From: Mizuhopecten yessoensis
Taxonomy: Eukaryota
NCBI RefSeq assembly: GCF_002113885.1
Contig: NW_018407853.1
Location: 596,955 to 660,954 of the forward strand
Direction: 5' to 3'
Length of the DNA: 64,000 nucleotides
Shown: positions 14,801 to 27,144 of the stretch, one piece after another
Position numbering within the stretch: the first letter of the stretch is position 1
How the letters are laid out: each line of letters starts with the position of its first letter
The notes under the pieces: model-generated
What the model was told of the DNA's origin: nothing
Databases searched by the model: none
Seen by the model: only the letters and a program-made list of their open reading frames with translations
Translations under genes and position numbers: made by a program

Positions 14801-17800
14801 GTGATCTTAATTTCTAATCACGGTATTGATGATCACGTGACACCTTATTTACTCACGTGGTATGCACTCTGTCCCGCCATTGTGGACGATGTAGCCTGAG
14901 GAACAGCGACATCTATGTTTCCCACAAAGGTCAGGTTCACACATGGAATTTGGAGGACAAATATGGCCCTTGAAACACTCGTTGCCGATCACCTCTAGAA
15001 TGACGTAATAACATTAGCACGAAGAATATTGCACATCACATAAATCGCAATTTAAAACAACACATTTTTTAAATCTCTATTCGGCTCAGCTTACAAACGG
15101 TTTGATCAATAAAAACAGTATCGCCATTCTATGTAAGTAACGCATTTACCTGGTGAACAAGGATACATTTTTAGTGTGAATACTTTAGATATTCAATATA
15201 AGTATTTTTACTTACCAACTTTTGGTGTTGTAGAAAGAACAGTTGTTCCCGGAGAGGAACTTGAAGGAGACGGATTATGGTTGGCCGAGGATGTGGGTTG
15301 CAAAACTACGGACGAAGTCATTAGATGATTCGATTGGCTCATTATAACACTAGTAGGCATGACAGTTACCATACTAGTGGCTATGTTACTATGGATACCC
15401 GTGACAATCGGGGTACCATACTGATACCCTGTCGTTAGATAAATAGATTCCGATGACTTTAGAGGGGTAGTATTTTCTGTAGAGGTCACTAATGCCGAGG
15501 AATCCATTGGATTAGCTGACGGCCGTGACGAGAAGTCCGGTGGATAAGTCAGTAATTGGACAGTTTGTAACTTATTGGTTGTAATTGCAATTGAGGTTTT
15601 GGCTGTGACTGTTGACGTAGATAGTGTGATCCGGATCGGCGTTGCGGTTACTGTCCGGGATGATAGTATTTGCTTACTGTTTAAACTTGGTGTAAACAAC
15701 GTTGTTTCTGATAAAGAAATTTTCGAACTTGGTGAAATGCTCAGTGTGCGTGATATGGTTGTCCTTTGCGTACTCGCAAACAAATCAATTCCACCTGTAG
15801 ATGATTTCGTAACAACAGTGTGAAATTCACCTGTCGTTGGCGAGGTTACGTTCGACGCCGTCGGCATAACGCTTGATAAGGTAGCATCCGTATTGAATGG
15901 AGACGATAATGAGGATGACATGTTTGTCAAACTTACAAATGACTCTGATGACACAGTTTGCTTTAAAGCTGGTGTGGAGGGAGTAAAAATGGACGCCGAG
16001 GCCGTTTGTGATGCTAACAACAAGCCGGAAGTTAAGCCGTTGATGGTTGATAATGGTCGTGTGGTCGTCGTTGACAAGACTTGTGTATTCACCGCAGGAT
16101 GGGCTGGAGCTTGGGAAAAATAACAAGAATAATCCTTTTTGATGTGCTAAAATACACAACACTACAGGTTCACCTTTATCGACATTCTCAAACATTGGGG
16201 TCAACAATGAGGTGATGGTTATATAGTTGTAGGGTCTGCGTAAGCAAAACACACACTTATCTATACTATACCGCGTTTCCTTGATAAGGTTCTTGTATTC
16301 TTAAAAGCAAAAGTATTGCAAAGTAACTATATTTGGGTACATTGTGAGAAAACGAAAATGTTAAGTAAAATGTTTATTCGTCTTAATCCTTTTGGCAATA
16401 TCTGTTTATGTCAAGAACTATTATTGGTATAATTAGACTCCCGGCAGTCAGAATGGTTCTACGTCATTATGTATTTATTAAAAGGAAAATAAAAAGAAGA
16501 TCCTAGTTCGTAATACATGTAGTACAATGTAAGTTACATAGTTTGTGTTACAATACGATGTACCTGGTCATTTTAAAGTAAAGTTCATTTGCGATTACCA
16601 TTGAGCGAAGACCAAGCTCTATCAAATATAATTAAGCAGTACAAAGGCGCCATTTTAAGTTCCTAAGACTCATTTATGTATTACCAATGGTGTAGTAAGT
16701 GTAGTTTCAAAAGCTTGGGATACTACTTCAGCATTGACTGAATAATAAACATATCATTTACCTGGAAATAAACTACATTCACTTTGCGCCACCAAAACAT
16801 CTGAAATGAAAAGGACATAAGATAGATGACAACTATTGCATTGTAAAAATTTCATACAGATTCAACAAAAATTGTATTCGCATTGAAAGTCTTCGTCTTA
16901 TGCGACTTCGCGTCTTCTGTAAAATTATTTTGAAACTGAATTATCTTAATTTAAAATTGATCGTAAAGTTATACTATATATTAAATTAACATTAATACAC
17001 ATTTGATAATGATATGAGAGATTAAAAACTTAAGACAACCCTGTTACCTAATCCATACACCTACTACAACTGAAGAATTTAACCCCTGTACGATTGACTA
17101 CAAACTGTGTAAAATGTTTTCCTTAGAATTAAGATGGAGTAGATATGAACTTACTCAATTTAAAGTCTTTCTTGACGCACTGAAAGAAATTAAAAGGATA
17201 AGCATTTTTCTCTTCTTGTGTAGCTGTACGGAAGTTCTCTTTACAAATGCACGTGCCGTTGACACACTGGGTATCCGTTTCCTCGCACGTGATCGCACGA
17301 AGATCACACCTCTCCCCTAGTAGGGCGTACGACCCGTCCGTTAGCACCTTTTTACATAATGTTCTGCTCTTGTATGAACCAGAAGGGGTGTAACCGCTCT
17401 GACACTGACAAGTACCATTGTCAGCACACCGAGTTCTGATCCCCCGGCACCGGCTTGTCTCACTGCATTTTTCACCCAATTCAGCAACTGAATGAACAAT
17501 AATGAGTTTTACTTTAGAGCAGAGTGAAAAGTCATTTTTTTAAAATAAGAACTAACTAATAAGCTGTTTAATTATAAAGTACAATGAGGTTTTTGATATA
17601 AAATAAATAGATTATCAAAGTGGTATACCTGGTTCCTAGTGTTGAAGGAGGAGCCTGAATAAATAAACACTTCATTGCCTATTTTAATTAGTAATCTTAT
17701 TACTTTTAGGGTAGCAATAAAACAATCCATTATTTAAGTAATAATAAGCATTACGGGTTTTGTTTGCAAAACAGGACAAGAGAATGTATCACGTATTATT

Positions 17801-20800
17801 GATTAAGATGCATATGTTGAGTGTGACTTGAATCGTTTTTTGAACAGTGCAATCATTTTTTTTCCAAATTCATTTTAAAGGGTGAATACTAGATTGAGAA
17901 CGAAATCTTTGAGAGAAAAAAATTAACAAAAATATCTCAAATTATAGCCAAAAAGGACAACAGAGATAGCAGGTAAAGATTGTGTTTAAACAAAAACCTA
18001 CACGTGTCTTAATCGATTTTCAGTCAGAGTAAAAGAAATATTCTATCTTTCGCTTTGTTTGTGCTCCTGGTCTACTAAAGTCCGGAATACACATTGTTTC
18101 TACCTGGCGTCGTCCCAGTTCCGGTGTAATCCCGCAGTAAATATTTACTGCCGGTCCACACTCGTATCGAGTACAGAGAAATGTAAGATTTAGACAAGGT
18201 AATACCAGTGCTATCTAGCGGTTTGTTTGCTAAAGAGGCTGTGACGGTATTTGTTCACTTCAGGCTGTGAATCTGAAGGAAGAATTTCTACCAACTGATA
18301 AATCGACGAAACTAATCGCGGATTAGCTTCTGTTTTAAATATGTTTGAAACCAGTTTAATTTTAAGTCCTGTTTATAAAGTTTCATGTTGACCCGGATTC
18401 CAAAGGATTTCCCAGTACATTTGACTAAGAAACTTGAGAGAAAGTTAAAATTTTAATTCATTATCAATGTTGTCATTACGTATGACGATATTTTATATAA
18501 TATTGTGTGAAACAGTATACATAACTTGTATAAAGCTGATGACTGAAACATATCAGTTCTATTATGACCAAGGCTAGAGGATATCAATATCAAATTTAGA
18601 AAAAAACATTGTTTCTTTTTTCAGGAAAAGAGAAGCTTGATTATTTTTCTTGCAAAAAAGTCTTAGGTTTATACATTATGAAATGTGGTCTCTTTTTTTT
18701 GGTATCAGTAAATCTTTGTAAAGAAAGATACGGGGAGTTGAAAACCCCTAAATGTTGTATTTTATTGAGGCGATTAAAAAGAAACTGAAGCTTTGATGTT
18801 ATAAACATTTTGATTGAAGTTAGAACTATATGTACCCCGCTTGATAATATGCATTCAAATAATTCAAATTCAAATTATCTTTGAACGTCATTTAGATGTT
18901 GAAAAATAAAAGACATTTGAGGTCCATGCGGTCAGCATGTTTCCTACTAAATAACAAAACGAGATGAACCGGACATTTTGAACCGAGCAGCAGTGACCTT
19001 ATTTATTTTAATGGGGGTTACAGGATACCTTCAAGTAAAAGACACTTAGTTTTTAACTACCAGATACATATTTTGAAAATTACAGCTATAGGTTTTTTTA
19101 TAACTATCTCAATAAAATAACACATTTTTCCTTCTTTAATTAACACAATTCCCTCATTTTTTTCGAAGCAGCGACTAACTGATCCAAAATGAAGCCACAT
19201 TTTATGATAGCGTAACCCCAGATTTAGTTTCTTCAAAAAATCAACCTTTTTGTTACGGTCCACTGAAGTACATTAAAGTGGACAACCTTCCTTTGCAAGC
19301 AGCACAAATGTAATACTATTTGAATGTGTTCATAATAAAGTGAGGTCCGTCCTCGTCAAAATACACTAAAAGAATTGGCATTATGTTTGTGTGAAAGTAT
19401 TCTCCCTGTAGCTGAATATGATAGCTACATATGTATTACGATACCTACCTCTGATGCACCTTGAGTAGTCGTCTGTAGGTATGTAGTTGAGGTTACAAAG
19501 ACATATACTGCCATCACAACCCCGGATCATACACTCGGCATTCTCAGGACAGTCTGTATTACTGAGGCACTGACTCGAGAATTTCGCACCTGTGTAACAT
19601 CAGTATATCAATTAAGTGATATATGGAAACTTATATTATTTTTGTCCATCGCAGATATTTTTTGGGTTAGTCTTAATCGTTTATAATCAAAATAATGTGT
19701 TGGATGGTTAGTGTGAATGTGTATGATCATTCACACAAATACAAGCGTTGTAATTTGGTTTGGTTTGGTTTTTCTTTGTTTAACGTCCTATTAATAGCTG
19801 AGGTCATTTGAGGATGTGCCTCCATGTGTGTTGTGTAAGCGTGCATGTGTGTATGCAGGAGACAGGGTATGTTGGTGTATTTGCCTTCCTCACCTGGGCG
19901 AACGCTCAATATTAAGCCAAAAGTGAGGTGTTGCCGAGCAAGGCGCTAGGAAATAAAAGGTAACGCAGATAGAAGTAGAAAGAAAGATAAAGATCCCAAT
20001 TGTTGCAATGGGTGCAGCAGATTTATTTGGTCGCTTTTGTGTCCCCAAGTCTGGCACAAAGACAATCCCCAATTCTGCAAGGAGTTCCCACATTAAATCC
20101 AAGGGTACATAACAATGACTAAAAGCAAGATAAGGAATGCCATAGAGAGAACATAGAAGGAACAGACATAATTATAAGTTAGTGCGTTACGGACATAGTT
20201 ATAAGTTAGTGCGTTACGGACATAATTAAAAGTTAGTGCGTTACGGACATACTTATAAGTTAGTGCGTTACGGACATAGTTATAAGTTAGTGTGTTACGG
20301 ACATAATTATAAGTTAGTGCGTTCCGGACAGAGTTATAAGTTAGTGTGTTACGGACATAATTATAAGTAGGTCTGTTACGGACATAATTATAAGTAGGTC
20401 TGTTACGGACATAATTATAAGTTAGTGCAATACGGACATAGTTATAAGTTAGTCTGTTACGGACATAATTATAAGTTAGTGCGTTACGGACATAATTATA
20501 AGTTAGCGCGTTACGGACATAATTATAAGTTAGTGCGTTACCGACATAATTATAAGTTAGTGCAATACGGACATAGTTATAAGTTAGTGTGTTACGGACA
20601 TAATTATAAGTTAGTGTGTTACGGACATAATCATAAGTTAGCGCGTTACGGACATAATTATAAGTAAGTGCGTTTCGGACATAATTATAAGTAAGTGTGT
20701 TACGGACATAATTATAAGTTAGTGTGTTACGGACATAATTATAAGTTAGTGTGTTACGGACATAATTATTAGTTAGTGTGTTACGGACATAATTATAAGT

Positions 20801-22390
20801 TAATGTGTTACGGACATAATTATAAGTTAGTGCGTTACCGACATAATTATAAGTTAGTGCGTTACCGACATAATTATAAGTTAGTGTGTTACGGACATAA
20901 TCATAAGTTAGTGCGTTACGGACATAATTATAAGTTTGTGTGTTACGGACATAATTAAAAGTTAGTGCGTTACGGACATAAATATAAGTTAGTGCGTTAC
21001 CGACATAATTATAAGTTAGTGTGTTACGGACATAATTATAAGTTAGTTTGTTACGGAAATAATTATAAGTTTGTGTGTTACGGACATAATTATAAGTTAG
21101 TGCGTTACGAACATAATTATAAGTTAGTGCGTTACGGACATAATTATAAGTTAGTGCGTTACCGACATAATTATAAGTAAGTGTGTTACGGACATAATTA
21201 TAAGTTAGTGTGTTACCGACATAATTATAAATTAGTGCGTTACGGATATAATTTTAAGTTAGTGCGTAACGGACATAATTATAAATTAGTGCGTAACGGA
21301 CATAATTATAAATTAGTGCGTTACGGACATAATTATAAATTAGTGCGTTACGGACATAATTATAAGTAAGTGCGTTGCGGACATAATTATAGGTTATTCC
21401 GTTACGAAGATAATTCTAAATTAGTGCGTTTCGGACATAATTATTAGTTAGTGCGTCACGGACATAATAACAAGTTTGTGCGTTACGGACATAATTATAA
21501 ATTAGTGCGTTGCGGACATAATTATAAGTTAGTGCGTTACGGAGATAATTATATATTAGTGCGTTACGGACATAATTATGAAAAGTGACACTTAGCTAGG
21601 GCATTTCCGGTGTGAGACGCACCTATGATGTATATATATCCGCATGTGACAATTATATAGGGCATTTCCGGTGTGAGACGTACCTATGACATATCTATAT
21701 CCGATGTGACACTTATCTAGGGTATTTCCGGTGTGAGACGTACCTATGATATTTATATCCGTATGTGACACCTATCTAGGGCATTTCCGGTGTGAGACGT
21801 AACTATGATATATCTATATCCGATTTGAAAATGATCTAGGGTATTTCCGTTGTGTGAGACGTACCTATGATATATCTATATCCGATGTGACACTAATCTA
21901 GCGTATTTCCGGTGTGAGACGTACCTATGACATTTATATCCGTATGTGACACCTATCTAGGGTATTTCCGGTGTGAGACGTACCTATGATATATTTATAT
22001 CAGATTTGAAACTTATCTAGGGTATTTCCGGTGTGTGACGTATCAATACTATATCCTACGTGACAAACATATCGAGGGTATTTCCGGTGTGAAGCGTACC
22101 AATACTATTTCCGGTGTGACACATATCTATGGTATTTCCGGTGAGAGACGTACCAATACTACATTTCCGGTGTGAGACGTACCTATGCTTTATCTTGTGA
22201 GACATATCGAGGTTATATCACGTATGAAACATAACTAGGGTATTTCCGGTGTGAGAAGTTCCTTAACTATATCCAGTGTGAAGCATATCTGGTTATATCA
22301 GGTTTGAAATATACAAAGGGATATCTAAAACATACCTAGGCTGTATCCGGTGCTAAGTAAGAGGACTAGGAGGCAGATTTGAGTATTCAT
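8888..22390 (-). CDS. Type-I transmembrane protein of about 797 aa: signal peptide, EB/EGF-like Cys modules, S/T mucin stalk, second Cys block, TM, cytoplasmic tail; exons 22390-22336, 19589-19449, 17487-17155, 16800-16762, 16109-15216, 14994-14857, 14554-14228, 10109-10032, 9638-9536, 9173-8888
   Basis: Ten GT-AG exons sum to 2394 nt and stay in frame. Signal peptide MNTQICLLVLLLSTGYSLG; example module CLSNTDCPENAECMIRGCDGSICLCNLNY; 298-aa S/T/P-rich exon; TM GAVIGGICGFVILLASAIATILLV followed by RHKRR. Confidence 0.85.
10220..13110. repeat. 35-bp satellite array, about 80 copies, intronic
   Basis: Unit AACACAGTTTATAGTATCGTGTAAAACAGGTCCTT. Confidence 0.97.
19755..20020 (-). mobile_element. 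Degenerate SINE-like repeat fragment; related tails at about 23110-23185, 38830-38880 and 47650-47715
   Basis: The tail motif (GGTTT)n-TTAACGTCCTATTAA...GGTCATTT-AGGA is shared at several dispersed sites. Confidence 0.45.
20165..21580. repeat. 27-bp minisatellite, about 52 copies, in intron 1 of the TM gene
   Basis: Unit GGACATAATTATAAGTTAGTGCGTTAC. Confidence 0.97.
21585..22330. repeat. ~59-60-bp minisatellite with a dimeric substructure, decaying toward the signal-peptide exon
   Basis: Unit TAGGGTATTTCCGGTGTGAGACGTACCTATGATATATCTATATCCGATGTGACACTTATC. Confidence 0.9.
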
Positions 22391-24104
22391 GGTAGGTGGA
22401 CTATGGCTTCAGTGTACTTCCCAATTAGTTTGGGTCGAGAGTAGTCGTCATACTCGCCACACTCTTCACAGGGTACCTATACAAAACGGAAGAGAATAAC
22501 TGCGATGAATTCAATGTCGTTTTGTACGTTACATATATTGTTAGATTTTCAATTAGTTATAGATAACAAATTGCTTAAATTTTGAAAAAATACGGAAAGT
22601 TGAATAACGCCACCAATTAACAAAAGATCTATTAAAGGTATCATAACTTACCTTTCATGAACACGTTCGAAGGACAAATATAGTTAGTTTCTCCAAAAAT
22701 ATGTTCCCTGAATGTATATCCTCACTGAATGTTATCAAGCTCGTGTTTATGTCACGTAAATGTATCCAGGAGGAAGGGAATACAACTGTCACTTACTCAG
22801 AATGTATCCACTGAAGTTGTGAGATAAAGCCCTGTGTGCCATCAGTTGAAATAATTTATCGAGTCCAGTTCTAGTTGACAGCTCTGGCGTTCCCACAACA
22901 GTGTATGGTCGGCAAATTCTATGTATGTCAAGACACTTTCAGTCTCCGTGGAATTTCAAACTCCCCAATTTTTATCTCGGACAAACAAACAAGCTTGTAC
23001 CTACAGGATGCTTGTCCCGGCGGCTCGTGGTAAATGTACGGTACTTTTATAGCTGTCACGTGACAGCCGCCGGTAATTGACGACGGAAGTATGTTGGAAG
23101 TCGGCATTACGGGTTCCTCTCCACAGATTAAGATAAAACACGGCCCTCATCAATGAAAGTGTGCTGTCTTTAACAAGACGATTAATCTATGTAGTATATG
23201 AAAATATATCTGACTTAACAATCTAAAATCGCGTAATTATAAGCGAGTATTAACAAATATGACATTAACGCGAGCGCCTTCTATTAATCTTAGATTATAT
23301 TTATCATAATGGGAATGTTTCAACGTACAGAGGCAGCAGCAGCAGCAGCAGCAGCAATATTATTTTTATATATATGTATCCATCATTTGGTTTGAAAATT
23401 ATTAAGAAAAAAATATTCTTTTCCAAAAACTGCTAATTTTTAGTCAAAATGTCCGAGGACGTACATACCTGGTGATACAAGATTCTGCACTTCACACTTT
23501 GACAATACAAATATATTGTATGGCTCCAGTAGCCAGAACCACTTTTTTGCTCGAACTCATCGGTTGTTATCCTCTGACCAAGTAGACGAAGTAAAACAAG
23601 AATGGATTACGAACATTTTAGTGCCAGTTTACGCTATGGGAACGTGACGCCATAAGACCGCCCTCGAGTAGTTTTGTCCAACATTATTGTTCGGCTCAAA
23701 TTTTCGGAAGCAAATTAAACAGTACTACAAGATGATCAATACGAAAATATAATTTGTTCATAAAAATGTCTGTGCGTATTTAAAAAAAAAAAAAAATCCA
23801 TATGAGTTTATCCGACGCCTCAGATTGCACTCGTTTATTTTATGAATGGTTCATCCGATTCGTGCAATGCGTTTGCATCAGAATCACATATGCGTGCGAT
23901 TGCCTGTTCACATTGCTATCGGAAGGTTTTATATCAATTGGCCTAGTGAACTTTTTGTCGAGGATTTTCAGAAATAAGTGTATTTTTATCAATGATACAC
24001 AAACCAGAGGCGACGTACGCGTACGATACCCGATGGGACCGACACAAGCTGTTCGATTTTCATATTATGATTATTGCGACATTTGTGTCATTCTGAATAA
24101 CCTC

Positions 24105-25740
24105 TTCCCTATCGGGTAATTACTGTAAGGGCTAGATAACGAAGGAGTTCGCGTCATTACCTCCTCACTATCGGTTTGTTACTGTGAGGATAGATAATAA
24201 CGAAGGAGTTCGCGTCATTACCTCCTCACTATCGGTTTGTTACTGTGAGGATAGATAATAACGAAGGAGTTCGCGTCATTACCTCCTCACTATCGGTTTG
24301 TTACTGTGAGGATAGATAATAACGAAGGAGTTCGCGTCATTACCTCCTCACTATCGGTTTGTTACTGTGAGGATAGATAATAACGAAGGAGTTCGCGTCA
24401 TTACCTCCTCACTATCGGTTTGTTACTGTGAGGATAGATAATAACGAAGGAGTTCGCGTCATTACCTCCTCACTATCGGTTTGTTACTGTGGGGATAGAT
24501 AATAACGAAGGAGTTCGCGTCATTACCTCCTCACTATCGGTTTGTTACTGTGGGGATAGATAATAACGGAGGAGTTCGCGTCATTACCTCCTCACTATCG
24601 GTTTGTTACTGTGGGGATAGATAATAACGGAGGAGTTCGCGTCATTACCTCCTCACTATCGGTTTGTTACTGTGGGGATAGATAATAACGGAGGAGTTCG
24701 CGTCATTACCTCCTCACTATCGGTTTGTTACTGTGGGGATAGATAATAACGGAGGAGTTCGCGTCATTACCTCCTCACTATCGGTTTGTTACTGTGGGGA
24801 TAGATAATAACGGAGGAGTTCGCGTCATTACCTCCTCACTATCGGTTTGTTACTGTGGGGATAGATAATAACGGAGGAGTTCGCGTCATTACCTCCTCAC
24901 TATCGGTTTGTTACTGTGGGGATAGATAATAACGGAGGAGTTCGCGTCATTACCTCCTCACTATCGGTTTGTTACTGTGGGGATAGATAATAACGGAGGA
25001 GTTCGCGTCATTACCTCCTCACTATCGGTTTGTTACTGTGGGGATAGATAATAACGGAGGAGTTCGCGTCATTACCTCCTCACTATCGGTTTGTTACTGT
25101 GGGGATAGATAATAACGGAGGAGTTCGCGTCATTACCTCCTCACTATCGGTTTGTTACTGTGGGGATAGATAATAACGGAGGAGTTCGCGTCATTACCTC
25201 CTCACTATCGGTTTGTTACTGTGGGGATAGATAATAACGGAGGAGTTCGCGTCATTACCTCCTCACTATCGGTTTGTTACTGTGGGGATAGATAATAACG
25301 GAGGAGTTCGCGTCATTACCTCCTCACTATCGGTTTGTTACTGTGGGGATAGATAATAACGGAGGAGTTCGCGTCATTACCTCCTCACTATCGGTTTGTT
25401 ACTGTGGGGATAGATAATAACGGAGGAGTTCGCGTCATTACCTCCTCACTATCGGTTTGTTACTGTGGGGATAGATAATAACGGAGGAGTTCGCGTCATT
25501 ACCTCCTCACTATCGGTTTGTTACTGTGGGGATAGATAATAACGAAGGAGTTCGCGTCATTACCTCCTCACTATCGGTTTGTTACTGTGGGGATAGATAA
25601 TAACGGAGGAGTTCGCGTCATTACCTCCTCACTGTCGGTTTGTTACTGTGGGGATAGATAATAACGGAGGAGTTCGCGTCATTACCTCCTCACTATCGGT
25701 TTGTTACTGTGGAGATAGATAATAACGAAGGAGTTCGCGT
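24105..25740. repeat. Highly homogeneous 61-bp tandem array, about 26 copies
   Basis: Unit GGAGTTCGCGTCATTACCTCCTCACTATCGGTTTGTTACTGTG(A/G)GGATAGATAATAACG(A/G)A; the pattern shifts by one base per 60-nt line. Confidence 0.98.
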
Positions 25741-27144
25741 TTTGCCATATTTGCCTTTGGTGATGAAACTGTGGATCCCATGTAATGTTTGATATAGAGG
25801 TAACATATCGTTGTTCACATATTAAACAACGGCTCATACCATGACATATATAACACTTGTGAAACTGATATCACAGTATGTAACGCCATACCGAGACACG
25901 TATTCCTTGTACGTATCATATCTTTATATTTTGGAAAAACAAAGGAATCGTACGGTGCTCCGCTTAAAATTAGTAATTTTGATATTATAGTGTATCATAT
26001 AAAATATCAGACGTGCGCAATAAACAATCTGAATTGAAATGAAGAAGTAACGTCACAATCGGAAAGGCACAAAGCATTGTCAGCTTTAAATTTAGCATAC
26101 ACGCTTTGTTACTGTATACGTCTGTGATTCCTTACGTGACACTAACATTTCTGTTTGTATAATTATTTGCTGATTATTTGTTGTTGGTTCTTCTCTCATA
26201 ATTAATCATAGTGAACTTTTATTTTATTATAAAATACAACTATGTTACAACAACACTAGTCCGGTATCACCTAGCAGGAAATAGGACAGGCAAGATATAA
26301 CGGATCAAACATTTAATGTCTGATATTGAATACATTTATGTATTTTATCTGTCTTTCCGAACACTGGATTGAATATCGATCTATTATTAGTAAAGACATA
26401 AAGAGGGAGGTAGAATGACGAAATCTTTTTCATAAGAAATCATCTCGCAAATTACATAAGTATAATTATCAAAGAGCACGACGCCATTGCCTGGCGCAAA
26501 CCTTTGAGTACAACAGTGATACTTATGTTTGTTGTCTATAGTCCCAAACAAAACTGGTTTTCGTCATAGGTTCCCGCTGTTAAAATTTGATTTTTGAAAG
26601 TTGTTTAGGATATGACATGTAGAGACAATAATATCATATGATGTCGTCTTCTTAATGTGCCATTACCACGAAATCTGCTGTTTCATCCATGCATTAACCT
26701 GTGGTTTTTATTGGAAACACATTTACAACATTTTCTTGAACTGGATAATGCTGGGAAAATATTGGCGGTTGGTGCTCTTAAATGTAGATGCGTTACTATA
26801 TATGATTGTTCGGGTAGGATTGTCTAAGACACGGAGAAATATACACGCAAACAAGACTTTGTAAAACCTGGAACGACCTTAATATAAATCCGAATCTGTT
26901 TGTGAATATTTATAGAGTCCGGTTACGTATCCCGGTGTGTGTTTTATTTTAAAAAAGATCTGTGGTACTTCTGTATTATAGAATATCTACTGACATCCGA
27001 AACATAAAGTTTGAACGCAACTCCGACTACGAACATGTGCTTCTGCACAAAGAGTCAGGGTCCACCTACATGTAGAAGTGCCATTGTTTAATGACATGTA
27101 AGATACAATGTATATATATCTAGCGTTTAATATTTACATATATG

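Noticed and set aside
17629-18262. Extra coding exons of the TM gene (17654-17629 and about 18262-18104)
   Set aside because: Splice-like sites exist, but the 26-nt piece shifts frame and the larger one has an in-frame stop. The flanking exons join cleanly without them. They could belong to an alternative leader, which is untested.
20425-21369. ORFs encoding (YGHNYKLVR)n
   Set aside because: Translation artefact of a 27-bp intronic minisatellite, broken by stops and antisense to the host gene.
24105-25740. CRISPR array or tandem ribozyme (retrozyme) array
   Set aside because: The units are contiguous with no unique spacers, no cas genes are present and the context is eukaryotic. No hammerhead core (CUGANGA...GAAA) is found on either strand.
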